Shown here: positions 27,851-41,988 of the stretch, piece after piece
Layout of the letters: each line of letters starts with the position of its first letter
Position numbering within the stretch: position 1 is the first letter of the stretch
Assembly: GCF_009914755.1 (NCBI RefSeq)
Contig: NC_060930.1
Source: the human T2T-CHM13v2.0 reference genome, Homo sapiens
Length of the DNA: 64,000 nucleotides
Reading direction: 5' to 3' (one strand)
Position numbers and translations under genes: made by a program
The notes under the pieces: model-generated
What the model was told of the DNA's origin: nothing
The model's database searches: none
Seen by the model: the letters and a program-made list of their open reading frames with translations, nothing else

Positions 27851-30392
27851 CCTATAATCTTTATGTCTGAGCCAAAGTGCCTGGTCAGGCACGAAGCAGC
27901 CCTCAATCCATGCTTATTGGATGAATCCATTTCATAAACCCAATCTAAATCATAAGCTTCTTCAAGATCTTCCTGCCCACCAAACACTGAAAAGCATTGA
28001 ATACATTTTTAATGAATGGCAGCTGGAACACCATTTGGGCATCCCAAATTACAGCCCCCCGCCCAAAAAAAAATGTGCAAAAGTTTTGACTACTAAAAGT
28101 TGAGATACCTAAGCTTTCTCTTTCTCATGAGAGAGAAAAAGCTGTCTACCTCACTGGTATATTCACTGTATTCTGTGTCTTGGGTTTTCTTAGTAAGAAA
28201 TGGAACTGAGATTTCAATCCAGGGAGTCAGATTCCAAAAGCATGACTGAAAAACAACATTAGTAGTAACAAGGTATCTGAGGGAATCTTGTGCCTAAAAA
28301 AATAAATATTTAGCCCCAATAAATCAATCAACTCCTTGAAATGCTATGCCCTTGGACATAATGATTTTGCAGCAGTAAGTAAAATATAGGTATATTTAAT
28401 AAGTAGCTATAAATACTCTCTACACCCTAAACTAAATGATACTGTGTAGCCATAAGAAGCTTGCTTAGCTGAGAAGAAAAAATAACTTTAAAATTTAACA
28501 GGGCCTGCAGCAGAATCAAAGACAGCATTAATACTTGAGAAGCCGCTGGCATGACGGGTAAACACTGGCATCAAAGCCAATTCAAAGTAGGTCAAGTGCT
28601 GGTGGGGCTGGCCTTGTGCCCCATTGTTGGAGCCATCAACATGCCCGGCACACACCTTGTAAAGGAACACTGTGTCACTAACAGGCAGGTACAAATCCAA
28701 GAAGAGAGAAACAGGGCAACCACGCTGCACAGACTCCAGTTGCCTCCAAACTTCAGAGGAGAATGCCCATAAACGGGAACTGAACAAGTGTATCCAGGAA
28801 ACCAGATTGATGGGAGATTATCAGTAAGGTCTCCTGCAGTCTCTTGACCATCTGTGGTAGGAGAAATTGGTATAGGCAATGCTTTCTTAACAACACAACC
28901 AGCCTGCCCCAGGGAGACATCTCAGGGAAATGTTCCATTTGAACTAGTATGTTCTGTCCTAATTAAAAGATGTTTCCAGCAAATCCCTTTGTGGTTCTTC
29001 TCATGTAAAGGAAAATAAAACCCAGGGGAGCTGCCTGGCTTCCTCTTCCAAGCAATGGCTACTTGTAACAGTGAGCCTGCCTCCTTTGGACTATGAAGTA
29101 AGTTTCATTCGGCATGTTATAGTATATACAGCACTTTCACCTACATTAGGATGTTTCATCTTTCTGATAACCCCATGAAGTTATTTCTAGCTCCACTTTA
29201 TAAAGAAACTGAGGCCCCAAAATGAGCTAACATGGACCAGAACTCAGATCGGGATCAACCCTTCCTCTTACCAAAGATAATCCTCATGGCCATGTTGATT
29301 AAAAATTGTAATAATTTAAGAATTCAAACCAGTTTTATTGTCACTATAGGAAAATCAGCTGACTACTTTTCCTATCCACAAGTTAGGCTAGACTGTGCAG
29401 GAACCTCAGAGGAGCAATCATGAAGGAGAGAAGAGAAAGATTTGAGGTAAAGCTTGACAACCCCTAAGAACCACAGCAGAAAACAGAGACAAATTGTGAA
29501 CCACGAGAAACTGGAACAAACCTCCTCAACATGAATTTGATTTGGCACGGGGCCTCTGACCCTTTCAGATTCAATCTCTGAAGGTCTGAAGGTTCTCTTT
29601 GTATTTTTCCATTTTACTTCCTGCTCACTACTTCTCCATCCAAATGAGTCCCTGGTGTTTGATTGTAGTGATTTACCTAAAACTGGCAATAAAAGGTGTT
29701 TATATGCCATATCATTTAGTATATAAAGAACAGTCAGTTATTAGAATTACTAAGAGAGTGCTGATTTCTAGAGCAGTAAGGTGTGAATTCCCTGTAGGGA
29801 GCTGCCATTTGCAACCATCCAGGCCAATGAAGCAAAATTTGGGGAGGGGAGTGAGTATTACCTCAATAAAGCAACTCAAAATTGGAATAAACCTACACAA
29901 AGTCAAAGCTAAATCCATGAAACTGAATCAGAGCATACTGCATTTGCTTGCCCAGAGAGCGCTAATGAATACACAACCGGACTTTCATGGTGTAAAATTT
30001 CACCAGTGCTTTTAAAACAGTAGCAAAACATCTAGTGAATCTCAGAGGAACATCTGGCACAGGATGGGGTGAAAGGGCCACCACAGCTCATTCTGGAATT
30101 CTACCTGAGGTCATGCTGAGTTGTAAACAATGAAGTCATGTTCACAGAAAAACTTGGTAAAAGTTAGCAGTGGACAGATGAAATTGGGGGCTTTTTGAAA
30201 AGTTGGATAGGCATCTCAATATTGCCATCAATTAGAGGGTCAATGCTAATATCAGTAAGATTTAAAAATCACAATGCAATACTTAAGTCAGTTCTGAAAT
30301 TCAGCAAGGACTTAAGATTTCTACTGTTTCAAAGAGAAGTTATCTAATGTGAAAACAAGCCATGGCAACAAAAATAACAGAAATGTTGATAG

Positions 30393-30721
<329 letters not shown>

Positions 30722-31371
30722 CTACTTTTGAAAATTTTTCATCGGAAAATAACTACTATAAAAATGAAACAGTCAATACTCCCTTGTTCAATCCTCTACA
30801 TGCCCAGCTCCTTAAATTTAGCTCAAACCTTACCTATGCTGCTGCTCCTTCTTCCCTGAATTACCTCCTATAACCCTTATCTCCTCACTCAACTGATTGT
30901 TTGAGTCACTCTTTAAAAAATAATAATGCCTTGCTTAGGACGCTCCCAGTCTCTAATGGGCCGAAGCCATATTTTCTAAGGGCCTGGCAAAATAACTTAC
31001 ATGTGGTTTAGTGTTTGAAACGTGTGGACTGTAGATCAAACTGCTTTTATTTTTAACCACAAGGAAATGAAATAAAGATTACAGAGGAACCAGAAGCTTT
31101 TGGATTTAGGTTGAAACATTGCTAAGTCAAAATGATGCTTTTTATCCAAAGTCTGCATGTCAGAATGACATTCTCATCTATGATCTACAATTACAGATGT
31201 TTGGAGAAACCAAACTACGTTATGATTCCTTTGCCATTCTTGTTCATTTTATTCCCTAAAATATACTAAACTCACTTTCAAATTTAGCATGTTGATCATT
31301 GAGATCATGATTTTTAATGGTTTCAAAAACTTCAGGTGTGTTAGAGTCACAGTCCATTCACTTTTGTTGTG

Positions 31372-31634
31372 TGTGACAAGGTCTCACTCTGTCACCCAGG
31401 CTGGAGTGCAGTGACAGGATCATAGCTAACTCCAGCTGTGAACTTCTGAGTTCAAGGGATCCTCCCATCTTAGCCTCCTGAATAGCAGTCCCCGGCTAAT
31501 TTTCTTATTGTTATTTTTGTAGAGACAGGATCTCACTTTTTGCCCAGCTGGTTTCAAACCCCTAGGCTCAAGCAATCCTTCGACCTCGGCCTCCCAAAGT
31601 GCTAGGATTACAGGCAGGAGCCATCACACCTGGC
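31372..31634 (-). mobile_element. Alu (AluJ-type)
   Basis: 'ggtctcactctgtcacccaggctggagtgcagtg...ggctcaagcaatcc'. Confidence 0.92.
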
Positions 31635-31879
31635 TCATTGACATCTCAAGCATTTATTGAGCCTTCATTCTCTGTGCAGGAGGCTGGATAGAATGACTAC
31701 TATTTGCACAGCACTTTAGCGCACTTCCCCAGACACCCTCTCCTTTGACCCTCATGGCCACTTTGAAAGGTAGGTAGAGCAGTTATCATCAGTGACATTT
31801 TACAGAGTAGGAAAATAAAAAAGAGATTCAATAACTTGGCCAATGTCACAGGATCTACTAACAATAGAAAGAGAATCTA

Positions 31880-32196
<317 letters not shown>

Positions 32197-33383
32197 TCAC
32201 TTTCCATTTTGTCTCTGAAGTGTTAAAATCCTTAAGATTTTAAGTGATTGAGTTCTAAGAATTCTAGGAATTCACGACTTTATTGTTTTCACATTGAAGA
32301 TGTTTTGATTTGATAATTTATAGTGACGTTACCACTTATTGACGACTCACTTAGTGCTTCTTAGGCCTTTTGTGCTGCTGTTTGACAACATTGCTTTATC
32401 ACTTTCCCTGAGCTGTCAAACATCCTGCAAACCTATTTCTTGCCATGCACATGCATGAATGCTTGACTAGATTCTGTGTGCAAAAGAAGCTAAATAATGA
32501 AACATGGCATACAAAGAAGGTCAAATGTAGCCAAACCAAATTATGCCGCATTATTTGCACACTGTCGACTCTGTTCATTTTAATTATTTTCCAACATAAA
32601 TGTACAGCATAAAGGTCATTGTGGATAGGAGTCATACTCAGCAATCTCTAAAAACTGGTTTGCCTGCATTCCTCAAAAATGACAGCTACATGAAAGTTGT
32701 CAGTCTATGGGTGGAGATTGCTTCCAAAAGAAGGACAAGGAGAAAAAGAATGACATGAAGGAACAGATGAGGTTGGAGTGGATATTAACTCCTCACATCC
32801 TGGTCTTCTCTTAGTGTCCTATAACTTAAGGAGGATGGCTGTTAGTTCATCCCAGATACACAGTAGGTAATTTTTTTCCTTGTATGATCCTCTCAAAAGC
32901 TCAAGAATTCTAGAATTCCTTCAGTAGGCTTTGGCTGAATTCAATAATAAATTGTTATAGGTTTAAAGAACTATTTTTAAGTTATGAGTTACAAGATTTC
33001 TTTTGAAAACAGTAATTATCAAATTCTCCTAGAGATCACTGTTTGATATTAATTAGTAATTTATACATACTAAAGGAAACATTTTTATTTGGAGAAAGCT
33101 ACAAAATAATTGATTTTCCTCTGATTTGCCTTCTTCCAATTGGTAGAGTTTGAATCTATAAGATATATAACATATTCAGAAACATTAAAAACTGTGTATT
33201 TAACTATAAATAGCAGGCACTTACCACAGTACCACAATATTTTTCTTTGTTTTCTACCCTTTGACTTATGCTTAGAGAGGATAATTTATTGTCAATGCAG
33301 CCCATAAACTCCTGGCTCTACTGAAAATAAAATGAACATGACACTTTACTAAGACAACGAATCATGAAAATGTTCTGCATTGT

Positions 33384-33672
33384 GCTGGGCGAGGTGGCTC
33401 ACACCTGTAATTGTAGCACTTTGGGAGGCTGAGGCAAGCAGATCACCTGAGGTCAGGTGTTTGAAACCAGCCTGGCCAACATGGTGAAACCCCATCTCTA
33501 CTAAAAATATAAAAATTAGCTGGGCATGGTGGCGGACGCTTATAACCCCAGCTACTTGGGAGGCTGAGCAGGAGAATCACTTGAACCTGAGGGGTGGAGG
33601 TTGCAGTGAGCCAAGATCGCACCACTTCTCTCCAGCCTGGGTGAAAGAGCGAAAATCCATCTAGAAAAAAAA
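33384..33672 (+). mobile_element. Alu (AluS-type)
   Basis: Full dimer; TSD 'aaaatgttctgc'. Confidence 0.96.
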
Positions 33673-35770
33673 ATGTTCTGCCATAAAGAAAAATTCAACA
33701 GTGCTCATATTAAATAAAGAGCCAAATCATATAAGATACTTATAAATACCTAAAAATATGAGTTCAGTTTCTCTTACAAGGCCAGGAAGGTGAGTATGCA
33801 TACTCTGGCTACTCATGCAGCTAAGCAAAGAACACCAATCAGGAGTTGCCCCATAATCACACATGCACAGACTTAAAAAGCCAGCCAGCAAACCAGAAGG
33901 ACTGGCTGGCACCTATATGTACTAAGGTCATCCTCCCTCTGAACTCTGGAAACAATTCACCTCTCCTATGGCACTTTGGCTTTCCACCTCCTATTGGAGT
34001 GATTGGCAAACACATCTTAGGTCTTGTACTGGATTTTAAGAGCCTTGGAGGCAGGACCTATGTTTAATTCATGTCCATGTCCCCAGCACCAAGCCCAATA
34101 TCTTGCCCCCAATTTGTGATGAGTGAATATTTGTTGACCATCTGAAGCCTCATATAAAGGGCTTGGGGCTCCTCTTCCAAAGCCTCTCCCAGGTTCTCAC
34201 TTTTGCCAGTTGGAAGTGAGAAGAATAGAGAATCCCTGTAGTTCTACACAAATTGCAAGCATCTTTCTAAATGAAGCACGCAGTTAGATAAACGTTAAAC
34301 TGTGTCTCCATTTGTTCACTCTCCACTTCTCCCTTTTCCTTATGAAGACAGAATGGAGGGCAAAAGTCCTCTTCTTCTCAAGATCTGGGTTCCTGTGGAC
34401 ATCAAGGAAGCCAGAAGCACTGAGTGAACAAAGAAGGATGTTTCTATGGTTCCCAGGTCTCTAAATGATTAGCAGAGTGACTCAGGCAATATTAAGTGTA
34501 GGGCTCATTTCATTTCTATTACAAATCCTCCTGTATACAAGTTTTAGAGTTTCATAGTTTATCCATGTCGTTTTCTCAAAATTGTAGACACACATGGCCA
34601 AATTCTGGTCTTTAATGCATACTCGCAGTTGCTATTACATTAATCAAGCGCTGTGTTCATGCATTTAACTACTGAATTTACTGCCATGGAATATTTCTTA
34701 ACTTGACGCTACAGTGGCACCTGTCTTAAATACCGCTGAAGCAGGACAAATGGTTCCAGTACAGAAAATATCAAGAAAGAAAAAAACTAGAAACCTAAAT
34801 CCATGCTCAATTATTTTAAAAACAAATTTACAATTCATCCACAGATGAAGCTGAAATATCCCTTTTGTATTGCACTTTCCTTAGATCCTGGGAATTAAGA
34901 ACAAAGACAATTGCTGAGTGTTCTGGAAAAACTCACTTTAAGTTAAGGATAGCAAAAAATTCACTTTAAGTTAAGGATAGTAAACACAGATATTGCTTAT
35001 CAACCTTTTCTGCTGAATCTCAAAATTGTTCTCAACATAGTGCTCCAAGAATCCACTATTTAAAAATTTACCTTGACGATTAAGATAAAACCTCTCTGCT
35101 GCCTTTGCTCTAGATTTGATCTTAGCTTTTTTTTTTTTTTGAATCAGGAACACCTGTGCAGTCTATGAACCTTGTATCCAGAAAAATTCACATATGTGAA
35201 AAACTATTCTCATACTAAAAATTTTTATACTATTTTAGGTAGTTTTTTGGCAATTCTGAAGCTTGTTGATTAATCTTTAAATTGGTCAACTCATGAGAAA
35301 AACCTCTGCGCTAGACCATGTGTTTCTAAGAAAAACCACAAAATTCGGGAAAGTCTAAATCAAGACAACTACTTGATTTCTTACTTTCTTTCTCAAATTT
35401 CCCCTCTCATTCCCTTCCCCCTGAAAATATACCTGTATACATATCCACAGAGATATCAGCGTAAACGTCTAAGATATATAGCAATTTCTTTCTAAGTGGT
35501 GACCAGTCAAAGAACAAGTCAAACTCTCCAAAAGTGGGTGAGAGTTGCTTACCAATGATATTCTCCGAGGCATCTCTCACAGTCTCATCAGAGGTGGAGG
35601 AAACCATGTGGGTGGACAACACAACATGTTTGTGATGTTACAATGGCAATTGTGAATGACCTGGTAAATATCATTCATGGATAACAAAGATCTTTTTTGT
35701 TGTTGTTTAAATGCTATCTTAAAATATTTTTAAAATGCAAAGTAAGTGTTACCCTGGATCCAGATTTATC

Positions 35771-36070
<300 letters not shown>

Positions 36071-36093
36071 AATTTATCGTTTAAAAGTATCAT

Positions 36094-36396
<303 letters not shown>

Positions 36397-37327
36397 GGTA
36401 TCACAAGTGCACCAAGAAAATTCAACTGTTTTCATCTTGAGACTTTCATATGACCTTGGACCATTTCCTTGACTCGTAGGTGCTAATTAATCCACTGATA
36501 ATTTATAGGCTAGCAAGCAAGCTGAGGCTCTATAGACAAGCAGATGTCATACTGTCGTATTGTTAGAATGTAAACTCTGCCAAAAAGGAAAAAGCAAATA
36601 TGGGTGCTCTTCCTTATTACTAGTATTTTTTTTTTTTGTCATAGTGATCTATTAAGTTTCATCCCTATTAAATTTCACATAGGATGCAATACTAAGGTAT
36701 AGGTTCATGTTAAAAATCTTGACACTGTTATTCATGGGATGTCCTAGATAATATTCTATCTTCCTTATTTTTCTTTCCCTTCTACTGGTGTTCCTTCTCC
36801 CTCCTCGTTCCCATTCTTTTTTGTAAATTATTCTTCGGAGCAGATGATCTTTTTGTTCATATTACATTTCAGCAAGGCAATACAAATAATAGTGTGGTAG
36901 TACAAGATTCACTATAACTACCAGATTTTCCCTGACTGCCAATCAGTTACTTACGGCCTCTTCTTCCCCTTGAAACTGTCTCCATTGCCTGCCATTACCT
37001 CAAAGGATAGATAAAAGACAACCCAGGAATTTTTAATTCAGAGGTGTTTTAAAAATTAAATGAGATTCTAGATAGATTTTGAAACAATCCCAGTAGAGAG
37101 TATAGTTTAAGGGGTTGCCATTTAAAAGAGCCAGATATTTTTGAGAAAAAGAGAGGAAAGTTTATTGAATTTATATTTATTTATATGTTTGGCTTTGACA
37201 ATTCAAGAACGAAATCTAAATTAGCAGGCAAAGGTTTATACATAAGCAATAGAGTTGAAAACAAAGCAGAAAGATTAAAGGGCAGTTTGCCTGTCCAAAA
37301 TGAGATAATATTGGGAGGATATGGCTT

Positions 37328-38755
37328 AAGAATAGACATATAGATCAGTGGAACAGAATGGAGTGTACAGAAATAAACATGTACTCATGTCCAATTGATG
37401 TTTGATAAGAGTGTCAGGTCTATTCAATGGGAAAAAGTAATCTCTTCAACAAATGATGCTGGGGCAACTGACTTTCTACATGCAAAAGGATGAAGTTGTA
37501 CCTCATACAATACTCAAAAATTACACAAAACTCAAAATGGATCAACTAAATATAAGAGCTAAAATCATAAAAATTTTAGAAGAAAACATAAGGATAAATG
37601 TTCATGACCTGAATTTGGCAAAATATTCTTTGATATGACATCAAAAGCATAAGCAAAAACAACAGAAATAGGTAAATTGGACTTCCTCAAAATTAAAATA
37701 CTTTTGTGCAACAAAGAAAATTATCAAGAAAATGTACACAACCCACAGAATGGGGGAAATATTTTCAAATCTTAGGTCCAATGAGTTAATATCCAGAATA
37801 TTTATTAAACTCCTAAAACACAACCAAAAAAAAAAAAAAAAAAAGGAAAGAAAGAGAAAGAAAAACAACCCAATTTTAAAATGGGAAAAGGACTTGAATA
37901 GATATTTCTCCAAAGAAGATATACAAAAGGCCAATAAATATATGAAAAGATGTTCAACATCCTCTGTCATTAGGGAAAGGAAAATTGAAATCACAATAAG
38001 ATACTATTTCACATTTACTAGCATGGCAATAGTTTAAAAAACAGAAAACAAGTGTTAGTGAGGATATAGAGGGATTAAAAACTCTCATACATTGCTGGTG
38101 GGAATGTAAAATAGTGCAGCTGCTATGGAAAGTAGTTTGGCAGTTCCTCAAAAAGTTAAACATAGAGTTACCCTAAGACTCAGCAATTCAGTTTTAGGTA
38201 CAATACCCCTGAAAACTGCAAACAGAAACTCAAACAGATACTTGTACGTTGATATTCATTGCAGCATTATTTACAATAGCCCAAAGGTAGAAACAACCCA
38301 ATGGCTATCAACAGATGAATGTGTGTGTGTGTGTATGGGTTATATATCTGAGTGTGTGTATGTGTGTGTGTATATATATGGGATATATATATGAAATATT
38401 TTTCAGGTATAAAAAGGAATGAAGTTCTGATACATGCTACAACATGGATAAACCTTGAGAACATTAAGCTAGGTGAAAGAAGCCAGATAAAAAAGGACAA
38501 ATATTATGATTCCATTCATATGAAATATCTAAAATAGGCAAATGTATAGATACAGAAAGGATATCAGATGCTGTTGGGTCCTAGGGTAGGAAGTAATGGG
38601 GAGTTATTGCTTGATGCCAGCAGAGTTTCTTTTCGGAGTGATGACAAGGTTTAAGAAGCCGATTGTGGTGATGCTTCCACAATAGTGTGAATATAATTAA
38701 TGCCACTGAATTGAACACTAGAAAATTGTTAAAATGGCAAATATCATGTTATATA
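37328..38755 (+). mobile_element. LINE-1 (L1MB-like) 3' ORF2 and 3' UTR, degenerate
   Basis: ORF 37732-38037 peptide '[28 protein letters not shown]' matches the L1 ORF2p C-terminus. L1M-type 3' UTR 'taatgccactgaattg...aaaatggcaaat'. Multiple frameshifts. Confidence 0.95.
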
Positions 38756-39676
38756 ATAGTGTTGACAGCAGTGTGGTTGTGACATAGAAGACATACAGTC
38801 TGACTACTTATCCATCATCTCTCAGATGCCAGCCTGGATGGATATGAATGACCAAAGGCCAATGGAGACTGCAACTCTCCCTGGAAGCCAAAGTACATGA
38901 ATGCCTACACAGTGGACCAGACTCCTCTCCCTGATGCCAAGTCCCTCTCCCCTGATGTTCTGACAATACATAATCCTTTCTCTTCTACTTTAGGAGAGGA
39001 TAGAAAGGAGTGGGTGAGGCAAAACCTAAATTTAACTGAGCATCAAAAATACTCAGAAATGTTAAAAATGCAAAAAGAAAAAAAATCTAATTCTCCTCCC
39101 TGGAAAGTACTGAACCATTCCAGCATGTCTAGTTTATGCAATAAGCATTGAGCAAAGCCTAGTCTGGCAGAAGAATGTTGTAAAAGAGCTGCTAAGATTT
39201 TTTAAAAGGCAAGATCCTCACTTTTTGCTTTGTGTATAGGAATATTGTGAATAATAATACACATCTTAGTAGGCTTGTGAGGTTTTAAGAAATCAGAAAA
39301 GGACAGGGAGGGGGTCAAATTGTTCCTTCAAGAGCCAAGACTTGACTATGTCTCATTGCCAACTTGACCTTGACAATCTGGGGCTCAAAGGTGGGGCCAT
39401 GACCCTGCAGAAAGGAAGGCTTTGTGGGGAGGACCAAGAGAGTCATTTGCTACCTTTCTGTAAAAGCTGCTGTTCCTCTTTTCTTTTTCCCTGTTAAGAA
39501 AGCTGTTCTTACCTTCATGTCTGAGTCACCTAGGAAACCTTGAATCAAAGGAGACCCTTCAGAACAACAGTGCTGCTAGCTAAGAAAAGAGAGAACTTTA
39601 CCCAAAAACCAAGTTTCCTACCTAACACTTTAATGCCAGGAGCAGAAGATGACATGATCCCACATTCATGTACTGC

Positions 39677-40403
39677 TGAAACCGCCTTTGCAAAAATTAT
39701 GGCAGTGAGAAAATTATGATGGTGAAAGAGATCTGATCCAACCCACCTCCAACTTGCCTTTAACTTCCAAACTGCAGTCAGTCATTCCTGAGCATGGGCC
39801 AAGTTAACTTTGGGAGAAATTGTTTATAGTTTAAATAACAGCCCTTCTCAAAAACTAAACCACCTTTGTAAAACTAAAGAAAGACCACCAGGTTAGGAGG
39901 ATGAGGGGAGCTTGTATCCTGCTAAGGTGTCACCTTAAATGATTACCAGTCATTATTCCAAAAGTCGCAAGATTTACAACTTCCCCAATTACTCCTGCAG
40001 ATAACATCACATATGAAGAACCTAAGATTGGCCTTTTGAGATGTCTTTTCAGATTTTTGCATTTCTCACTACCAATGGCTCCACCTGAACCTGCCAGTTG
40101 GTTCTGTGGCCCCACCCAGAAGTGAACTCAGCCCAGACAAGGACCATTTTCCATATCCTTATGATTGCACCACCAACCAATCAGCAGCACTCACTCCCTA
40201 GCAACATCCCCTCCTCGTAAGCTATCCTTGAAAAACTGTAGCCTTGGGAATTTTCAGGGAGGTTGATTTGAGGAACAATAAAACTCCAATCTCTGGTTCA
40301 GTGGGCTCTGAGTGAATTAAATTCTTTCTCTATTGCAATTCTCCTGTCTCATAAATCAGCTTTTTCTGGGCAGTGGACAAAACAAACCCACTGGGCAGTT
40401 ACC
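39677..40403 (+). mobile_element. ERV1 solo LTR, LTR8B-like
   Basis: Start 'tgaaaccgcctttgcaaaaattatggcagtgagaaaattatgatggtgaaagagatctgatc'; end 'aacccactgggcagttac'. Confidence 0.85.
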
Positions 40404-41167
40404 CTCCCTCATACATGGGAGGACACATCTGGAGAAAAGAGATGCTGGACAGATACTTCAATTCCATTTTCTTGAGTGAATAATGCCTGAATTGGGTGGA
40501 AGGGAGTACTCACCCATGTTTTTCACAGGGAGAAAGACATTTAGCATGGAGTTAAGTGTGCAGAAATAAAATTCTGTGAAAACCAGCCATTTTCTTTTCA
40601 GCATTTTGCTCATTGTCCTACAACCTTTTACATACTGAATCACTTGGCATTTGTCTCCTTAGTGGAAAGATAGATGTATCTGAGAATATGAGCCAATTTA
40701 GTCTATAAATAGATCTTGAAACTTAGAACAAAAACAATAGTTTTGAAAGCTAAGGTGGTTTTGATTTGCAAGAATCAAGCTTTTAAAAAATAGAATAAAG
40801 TTTTTTAAGTGCCAGAAGTTTGGCTTTAAACATGAAGAGCCAAAACCCTGACAGACTTGTAAGTGGAGTTGGAAAGATGGTTGTCTCTTCAGTGCTTCCA
40901 ACCTGTCAGAGAGAAAAGATTTCTGGGCTGCTGAAGAAAAATCTTTGGACATGGAAAAAAGAAATTAATTTAGTTAGCTCCATGGTTCTCCAAGAAAGAG
41001 GGTCCTGCTCTGGCCCCCTAAAAAGAGCTGAGCCTAGAGTATGGAAACATAGAAAAGCCAGGTAAGTTTGTGTGTATCTCAGAACAGAGAAGATGTGTGC
41101 CTCCCTTCCCAAAATATAGCCTGGAGAGGCTTCAGAATTCATGAAGGAGGCCCTCCATCCAGCATGG

Positions 41168-41988
41168 TGAGGACTAAACTCTGACCTTTTTCTTTTCTCT
41201 TACCCAAATTCCTATCTAAGGGGTCTGGGGAGTCATGTCCTACAAATCAAAAAATCTCATTAGATGGATTTTTGTGAGCCATATATAATGTGGCTTACTT
41301 TCCACCCTGACTCTAGTATAGCATCACATCACAGATAGCAGACCCTGAAGGAAATGAAAATATTTTACCCCAAAATGTATTTCTTGACATATTTTGAAAT
41401 GGCTGTTGCAAGGCCAGCAGATTAAGGTAGGGGAAATTTGCATCTGTAAAGAATCTCCATTCATACAGCCATGCTTCTCTGTTCTATGACTTTCCCAGGT
41501 CTAGGAGAGACTGAGCATCTGATGCCTTCAAAAGTTTGAAAAGAAACATTTACCATCTATTCTCTGAGGGTTGCCTCTTATGAAGCTTTATCTACACAAT
41601 AAGAACCCTGGTCTCCAGAACCCCATTATCTTAAATCAGGCATTCTTTTCTACTGATTTCGAATCTTTAGACAATAGCTTAACTCTGTCAACCATCAACT
41701 GACTAATCCCTAAAACCAACCTATGACTTACAAGCACACCTCCCCCCACTTTGAGATGTCCTGCGTTTTGGGGCTGAACCAATGCATATCTTCCATGTAT
41801 TTATTTATGATATTACCTGCAATTCCTGTCTCCCTGAAACGTATTAAACCAAACCGTAATCTGATCACCACAAGCACACTTTCTCAGGATCTCTTGAGAT
41901 TGTGTATCCCTGGCCCACGGTCACTCACAGTGTCTCAGAATAAACCTCTTTAAATATATCTTGGCAGAATTTGGTTTTTCCATCATCA
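41168..41988 (+). mobile_element. ERV1 solo LTR, MER4 family (MER4D/E-like)
   Basis: Start 'tgaggactaaactctgacc...cccaaattcctatctaaggggtctggggagtca'; 'cagaataaacctctttaaata'; TG...CA ends. Confidence 0.85.

Noticed and set aside
29599-30015. 138-aa ORF
   Set aside because: Non-ATG start and no recognisable homology; more likely unique non-coding DNA.
37453-38537. ORFs with real protein similarity (L1 ORF2p C-terminus)
   Set aside because: Frameshifted, truncated remnant of an old L1. Annotated as a mobile element, not a CDS.
39677-41988. The two ERV1 LTRs interpreted as one provirus
   Set aside because: They are different LTR families with no mutual similarity, and no gag/pol/env sequence lies between them.
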